In this document: positions 56,995 through 64,000 of the stretch, piece by piece | How the letters are laid out: each line of letters begins with the position of its first letter | How positions within the stretch are numbered: the first letter of the stretch is position 1 | Source: Gekko japonicus | Taxonomy: Eukaryota | DNA: 64,000 nucleotides | Direction: 5' to 3' | Assembly (NCBI RefSeq): GCF_001447785.1 | Contig: NW_015165235.1 | Location: forward strand, 1,535,590-1,599,589 | Notes under the pieces: model-generated | What the model was told of the DNA's origin: nothing | Seen by the model: the letters and a program-made list of their open reading frames with translations, nothing else | The model's database searches: none | Made by a program: the position numbers and the translations under genes

Positions 56995-59900
56995 GTATGA
57001 TAAGGCTGTTATTGGCAGTTCTTTCACCTTGCGCCACCACATACTGTATGTGGGCATTTTTGGCCTAACAGAGGTACATTCTTTAACTAAATTAGCAAAA
57101 CAGGGTGCAGTTCGTCACTCTCCCCAGTGCTTAGATGAGTTGACCAGTTCCTGTACCCCTTTTACTGTGTTTCCCTGTCATTACTGCTGTGAATGCAGAG
57201 GCACTTGCACTGGCAACAGAGCATCCACAGGGAAGTTTTCTGAGCATTTTCTTCCATTAGCCACTATTTTCCCTGTATTTCCCCTAGTTGCACCATTAGG
57301 AAGATTTTAAAAAATCAGTAATTGCTATTGTGCTATTAAACATTATAAGTGCCACTGCCATAGTCTACTAATTCCTCTGAATTCCCAGCTCTCTCTCTTT
57401 TTTTAAAAAAAGATGTCTCTAACTCTTTGCATTGCAGAGATACAACAAGAAAGGTGTGTGTCTGCAGCTAAGGCAGCTAGGGACTGACTTTTTAAAAAAT
57501 GAAAACAAGGAATCCAGAATCACAGAGTTGGAAGGGACCTCCAGGGTCATCTAGTCCAACCCCCTGCACAATGCAGGAAATTCACAAATAACTCCCCACC
57601 CCCACCCCCAGTGACTGCTGTTCCACGCCCAGAAGATGACAAAAGACCTCCAGGATCTCCAGCCAAACTGGCCTGAGGGGAAATTGCTTCCTGACCCCAA
57701 AGTGGCGATCAGCATTTCCCTGGACATGTAAGAAAGGGTCACACAGTAGATCACAGCAACAGATCATTGTAATCCTATAGCAATCAGTGATTTTTATAAA
57801 GCACCACCCAAAGCCTTGTGGCGTTGTGGGAGTGAGATGGTGTGCACAGGGTGGATAAGGCAAGAAGCAAGGAAAATGGCACTGATGTGGGCAGGACCTT
57901 AAAAAATGCACACCTGCCCATCCACATGCTGTGCAAATGCACCTTGAATACGATCTTGCCAAAAAGACAATATCAAAACAGGTTTGGAAAAGTCTGGAAC
58001 AACCTTGGGGGCAATCTGAAAAGTGGACGATCGAGGCATGTCATTGTGTGGATGCTCAAAAAACCACACCCCAGGTTGGATACCAGAGCAGAGAAAAACC
58101 TTTGCCATTCCGACACTGCCATCTTCTCCTATTGAGCCAAGACAGGCTACCGGAATACCTCTGAACTGCTCTTTCCATGTGGGGGTGGGCGGGGGGGAGG
58201 GAGGGGAGACAGGAGTAGGACTTCAGCCTCCCCATGCTTCATCTCTTGGCCCTGTGATGCTGGAACAGAGAATCCACACAACCTTTACAGTACTGCATTG
58301 ACCACTCTGCAGTACGTGAACAGCAGCACAGGACCATTCAAATTGCTCAGAAGACGTACCCTGGTGATGGAGTGGGAGAAACAATGAGCAGGCTGTGCTG
58401 GTCAGGGAGCAAGGAAAGGAGAGGAGAGAAATGCAGACAGTTATCTGGCAGGCAATAGCCAGGGGGAAGACTGGGAAACAAGCAAATAGTCTAGTGAAGA
58501 AAACATTCCTGCATCCTTCACAACTTGGGCACAATTAAATAACTATCTCCTGGTGTACATTCTCTCTTTTTAAACAAAATCTTAATGATCAGGAATACTA
58601 ATTTATAAGTTCACTGGTTTCTAAGAGAACCAGTGGTGTAGTGGTTAAGAGCGATGGACTTAATCTAGAGAACGGGGTTCAATTTCGCACTCCTCCACAT
58701 GAAGCCAGCTGGGTGACCTCAGGTCAGTCACAGCTCTTTCGGAGCTCTCTCAGCCCAGAAAAAAAGTCTACCTTGTCACCTAGCGTGACGCCAATGAGCT
58801 GGACCTTAAGGCTGCCAGACAATCTTCAGATCTCCAGGCTATACTATACACAATGCTCTACAATTATTATTATTACTGGTTTCTAAGAATTCCTTTCAGA
58901 AGGTAGGAACGAGCTCTTTTGCAATAAGCCATGGGAGGAGGAAGCAGCAGAGTGTGGGGAAACTGGAGTGTGCAGTCTTGAAGGAGACAGGGCAACGGGA
59001 AGAAAGAGGANNNNNNNNNNNNNNNNNNNNNNNNNNNCTAAGTGAAGACAAAATCAAGGGAGTGCTCAAGGCAGTGAGTAGAACCTAAGTTTGGATTTAA
59101 AGGGCGAAGCAAGATAAGCGGCAACTTGATCAGACATGAATAATGAAGTCACTAAGAAGTGAGGTGGGGCTGCTCTCAGAGTGTAGGGAGACAAAAACAT
59201 CAGACAGTGAAACGAAAGTTAGGAGTTGGGAAATACAGAACTGAGTGAGCAGAAAGGCACTGGAGACAGCAGAATGTCAGATGGGTCATTTGGTGTCCTC
59301 CTAGGTCTTATGGAAGGGCAAATGCTGCCATGTTTGGACCAAAAGGCAAAGACGACAAGGAATTCCCCCACCAGAACAATATGCCTCATCCATCATGGTA
59401 ACTCTTCCAAGATGATAGCCCAGTTAGTGGTGTCATGACTTGGAAAGATGGAGCAACAGCAACAACAGAAGGAGACAAGGGTATGCCCCCTACTCAGCCA
59501 GGATTGCTTGGCCCTTCGAGGACACTCTCAGAAAGGAAAAATTCAGAGCTTGGAAAACCCATTTCTCATTTGGGGAAGCTACCTGACAGAGTTAGAATCC
59601 CCGTGGACCTGACTGACCAGCTACTACCCTGGCTACTTGACCCTCCAGCAGCCCTGCAAACCCTCCAAGATACAGAACCAAACCCTCTTAGCCCAGAAGA
59701 TCCAAGGCACATCTGTTTGAGTGGTCAGCCCCACGACAACAGGGAAAGAAAAGGTAAGAATGCTGGTTCATCCTTAGCAGACACCAGATGTATTTTAAAG
59801 CTGGGTTATTTCCTTTAGCAAGCATTGTTTCGATGCAAAATAATCAAGAAGCACACTAAAAGCCTAGCAAAACAGAAAGATTTTCAAGATGAATACACAT

Positions 59901-60249
59901 GGTAGAAAGAGAACCGCCAATATCAAGACATTACAGACCGTTAAAATGGATTGCTAGTTCTGCAGTTTTGAGGCTATTAATCAGCTTGACTACTAGCGTA
60001 AGCAGAGGGCTTATTTTGCCCTCTGCTGGTCATAAGTGAAGACTGCCTATGACAACACCCTATAACCATCCACCCTTGCAACCATTTATCAGATTTGGCT
60101 TAACTTCATTCATACCAACCACCTTCTAAAGTTGGGGCACGGTTGCACAGTGGTTAGGTGTAGGACTGTGGAGAGACCCAGGTTCAAATCTCCACTCAGC
60201 CATGACCCACACGGGGCTATTCACACGCTCTCAGACTAAGCATCTGCAC

Positions 60250-63200
60250 CAGGAGCGGCAGCTGCTACTAGCGCTCACATAGGAAGATCAGCTCATTTAG
60301 CTAGCCTGTCAGCAGTCTGAGGCTGTTGCGAAGACTGGCTAGTGCGGTGATGCTTGGGCAACAGATTCCAGTTCTCCTGGGGAGGGGAAAGTACAGCGGT
60401 GGGTCCAGGCAAAGAGTCAAGGGAAGGACGCTGAGAAATAGAATGGCTCGACGCCCTTCCAACCTGTGACCCATTCCAAAGATTGTCGGCAGTGGGGCTA
60501 GGATTGATAACCCCCCTCCAACATTGGTGCTGTGCAATGCCAGGTCTATAAATAAGACCACAGTCCTTCTGGACTTCCTTCTGGATCAGAAGGTAGACCT
60601 GGCGTGCGTGACCGAGACCTGGGTGCGGGATGGGGAGACCATAGCTCTCTCCCAACTTGCCCCACCTGGGTTCTCGGTCCTACACCAATCATGGATTAGG
60701 GGGCGGGGGGGAGTGGCTATTTTCATTCGGGAGGCTTACTCCTTCAAGGCACTCCCGCCGCTAGAGATCACGGGCACTGAGTGCGTCGGCCTGGTGCTGG
60801 AGGCCGAGGAGAGTTTGGCAATCTGGCTGGTGTCCCGACCGCCTAACACACCGGCCAGTAGCCTGCTGTCCCTGATGGAGGCCATATCAGACTGGGCGTT
60901 GGAGCATCCTAGACTGCTGATCTTGGGTGATTTCAACGTCCATGCTGATGACACGGCTTCCAGTCAGGCAGCGGACCTAGTGTCGTCCATGGCGGTGCTG
61001 GGACTCTCCCAATTTGTAACGACTCCCACGCACCAGGCCAGACATACACTCGATTTGATCTTTGCAGCTGGAATGACAGTGGACCGGATTACTGCTTTGG
61101 CAGTACCATGGTTGGACCACTATGCCCTGAAGGCCTGTCTGAATGTTCCACTCCGACCCTGTTTAGGCGGCGAGCAGATTTTAGCTCGCCCGCGGAGCCA
61201 AATGGACCCTGTACGGCTTCAGATGGCTCTGTGGGATCCAAGGCCCCCTGGCGGCTCATTGGATGAGCTTGTGGAGGACTGGCACAGCCGACTCTCTACA
61301 GCCATCGACGAGAACATTCCCCGGCACCCTCTGCGTGCTCGCTCTAGGCTGGCTCCCTGGTATACCCAGGAGTTGCAGCTTATGAAGCGAGAGCTGAGAC
61401 GGCTAGAGAGACGGTGGCGTNNNNNNNNNNNNNNNNNNNNNNNNNNNNNNNNNNNNNNNNNNNNNNNNNNNNNNNNNNNNNNNNNNNNNNNNNNNNNNNN
61501 NNNNNNNNNNNNNNNNNNNNNNNNNNNNNNNNNNNNNNNNNNNNNNNNNNNNNNNNNNNNNNNNNNNNNNNNNNNNNNNNNNNNNNNNNNNNNNNNNNNN
61601 NNNNNNNNNNNNNNNNNNNNNNNNNNNNNNNNNNNNNNNNNNNNNNNNNNNNNNNNNNNNNNNNNNNNNNNNNNNNNNNNNNNNNNNNNNNNNNNNNNNN
61701 NNNNNNNNNNNNNNNNNNNNNNNNNNNNNNNNNNNNNNNNNNNNNNNNNNNNNNNNNNNNNNNNNNNNNNNNNNNNNNNNNNNNNNNNNNNNNNNNNNNN
61801 NNNNNNNNNNNNNNNNNNNNNNNNNNNNNNNNNNNNNNNNNNNNNNNNNNNNNNNNNNNNNNNNNNNNNNNNNNNNNNNNNNNNNNNNNNNNNNNNNNNN
61901 NNNNNNNNNNNNNNNNNNNNNNNNNNNNNNNNNNNNNNNNNNNNNNNNNNNNNNNNNNNNNNNNNNNNNNNNNNNNNNNNNNNNNNNNNNNNNNNNNNNN
62001 NNNNNNNNNNNNNNNNNNNNNNNNNNNNNNNNNNNNNNNNNNNNNNNNNNNNNNNNNNNNNNNNNNNNNNNNNNNNNNNNNNNNNNNNNNNNNNNNNNNN
62101 NNNNNNNNNNNCAGTAGCTTGCTTCTTTTCTCCAGGGTCGGGGACAAAGGATGGCACTAGGGGAACAGCAGTCCCAGAGACACCTGCTCAAATGTGGAGT
62201 TCCTCAGGGGGCAGTGCTTTCCCCAATGTTGTTTAACATCTATATGCGCCCCCTTGCCCAGATCGCCCGGAGGTATGGGCTAGGGTGCCATCAGTATGCA
62301 GATGACACTCAGCTCTATCTGATGTTGGGTGGCCAGTCGGACTCCAGTCTGGAAGACCTGAACCAGGCACTGCAAGCCGTGGCTGGTTGGCTCAGACTGA
62401 GCCGGCTGAAACTAAACCCAGCGAAGATGGAGGTCCTGTACCTGAGTCGGGGCGGTCTGGGGATGGGGATCCCTCTCCCGGCCTTCAACGGGGTGCCTCT
62501 GGTGTCGGCGCCAGAGGTTAGGCGTTTGGGAGTGCTCCTGGATCCCTCCTTAACTATGGACGCCCAGGTGGCAGCCACTGCCAGGTCAGCCTTTTACCAC
62601 CTTCGGCTGATTCGGCAGTTGGTTCCCTTCCTCGACCGCGATGACCTGGCTACAACGAACCATGCAACGGTCACCTCGAGATTAAACTACTGTAATGCTC
62701 TCTACATGGGGCTGCCCTTGTCACAAATCCAGAAGCTGCAGCTAGTGCAGAATGCTGCGGCCAGGCTCCTGATGGGTCTCCCTAGATGGGAGCACATCCG
62801 GCCTGTGCTGAAAGCACTGCACTGGCTGCCAATAGCATACCAAATTTGCTTCAAGGTGCTGGTACCTTTAAAGCCCTATATGGCCAGGGTCCGGCAAACC
62901 TGAGGGACCGCCTTTCCCCACACATACCCCAGAGAGCACTACGATCGGAGTCACAACAGGGTTTGGGCTAGTGATTCCAGGCCCCAGGGAGGCCAGGCTC
63001 ACTGCAACCAGGGCCAGGGCCTTTTCAGTGGTGGCTCCTACCTGGTGGAACGAGCTCCCGGAGGAGATCAGGGCCCTGCGGGACCTTTTACAGTTCCGCA
63101 GGGCCTGCAAGATGGAGCTCTTCCGCCAGGCTTTTAATTAGGAGCCGCCACTGCCACAACCACCAACTATTATCGTTAGTAACAATGGGGTAGTGGGCTG

Positions 63201-63440
63201 GCCCTATGAAAATAAAGCCACAGCATCGTGACAGATTGATTATCACTGAACCGGGATTTTGTATTACATCTACACTATGCCATCTAAATTTGATTGAAGG
63301 AAGAACATCACTGAGCACTTTAATTGTAAAATATGGTTGTTTTATGTGTTTTTATATTTGGCACATGGTGCCCTAAACTGTGAGCTGCCCTGAGCCTGTT
63401 CGCGGGGAGGGTGGGATAGATAAGTAAATAAATAAATAAC
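60250..63440 (+). mobile_element. L2-clade LINE, near full ORF2 (APE endonuclease + RT), spanning an assembly gap
   Basis: APE motifs LCNARSI, VTETW, LGDFN and HTLDL (60524-61420). RT motifs GVPQGAVLSP, YADDTQLY, QNAAARLL and LHWLP (62151-62903). Ends in a (TAAA)n tail and contains frameshifts. Confidence 0.9.
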
Positions 63441-64000
63441 CGCACAGGTCTGTTGGGCAAACCCTCTGGAACTCCACGTTAGCCTGCTGCAAAGACAAAT
63501 GGGAGTTCAGTGGCCTTTATGGGGCCACAAGACTCCTGTTTATTTAAGGGCTGTTGTGGGAGAAGAAAGAAGAACCTTGGAGGAAGGAAAGCCTAAAAAT
63601 GCAATTATCGCTTTTAGAAGCAGGACTACAGCTCACTCAGGTTGCTTACTGAACACAGGACAGCTTGACACGTTACGAAGCTAATTCATGCCAAAGCATT
63701 CCTTTAAACTATAAGGGGCAAGTTTAACATGTATCTTCCATCTGTTAAATGAGGATTATACGTAGCCATCTCTTTGCCTCTGCCCCAAGCTAGCAGGAAG
63801 AGGGGAATGGGGAGAGACATGAGAGGGGATGCTGATTTTTGACAAGAGGAAAGCCTTCATCCAACAGGGGAATTCGCACAGAGCCCTGCAAGGGGGACTG
63901 CATCCTCCAATGCATCACACTGCAGGATGGACAAATGGAAATGGGAGAGGCTATTCTTAGTGATACAGGATATGCCAGCATCGTTGGTTTTTATTTTTAT

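Noticed and set aside
59040-59260. Possible additional NDUFAF6 exon or gene
   Set aside because: The minus-strand translation gives only decayed APE-like words (LSDFIIHV, HSLDFVFT), consistent with an old L2 remnant. No match to the expected upstream NDUFAF6 exon was found in 53000-64000.
61219-62236. Long ORFs spanning N runs (also 51612-51988 and 35247-35570)
   Set aside because: They are artefacts of translating through assembly gaps.

Overview
This is vertebrate genomic DNA, most likely from a squamate reptile and probably a gecko, judging by the repeat families. It contains four assembly gaps (35334-35399, 51648-51796, 59011-59037, 61421-62111). Only two host-gene signals are supportable, both on the minus strand. 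The first is the last two coding exons of NDUFAF6 (52935-52991 and 52378-52506). The second is a CpG-island promoter with a likely non-coding first exon (~5460-6800), which amniote gene order suggests is PLEKHF2. The rest is dominated by transposons: CR1 LINEs (one young copy with an uninterrupted RT ORF), L2, RTE/BovB, an RTE-X-like LINE, tRNA- and 5S-derived SINEs, many hAT MITEs with 8-bp TSDs, solo LTRs and Penelope-like terminal fragments. Almost all short ORFs in the track are spurious. Two observations stand out. (1) A core-intact minimal hammerhead ribozyme lies in sense orientation 522 nt downstream of the NDUFAF6 stop codon, with no canonical AATAAA in between, and several decayed hammerhead relatives occur elsewhere in the window. 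(2) A complete 2.3-kb non-autonomous retroposon, bounded by an 18-bp TSD and carrying one unrecognised 219-aa ORF, splits an RTE-X-like LINE. Any function for either is inference and untested.
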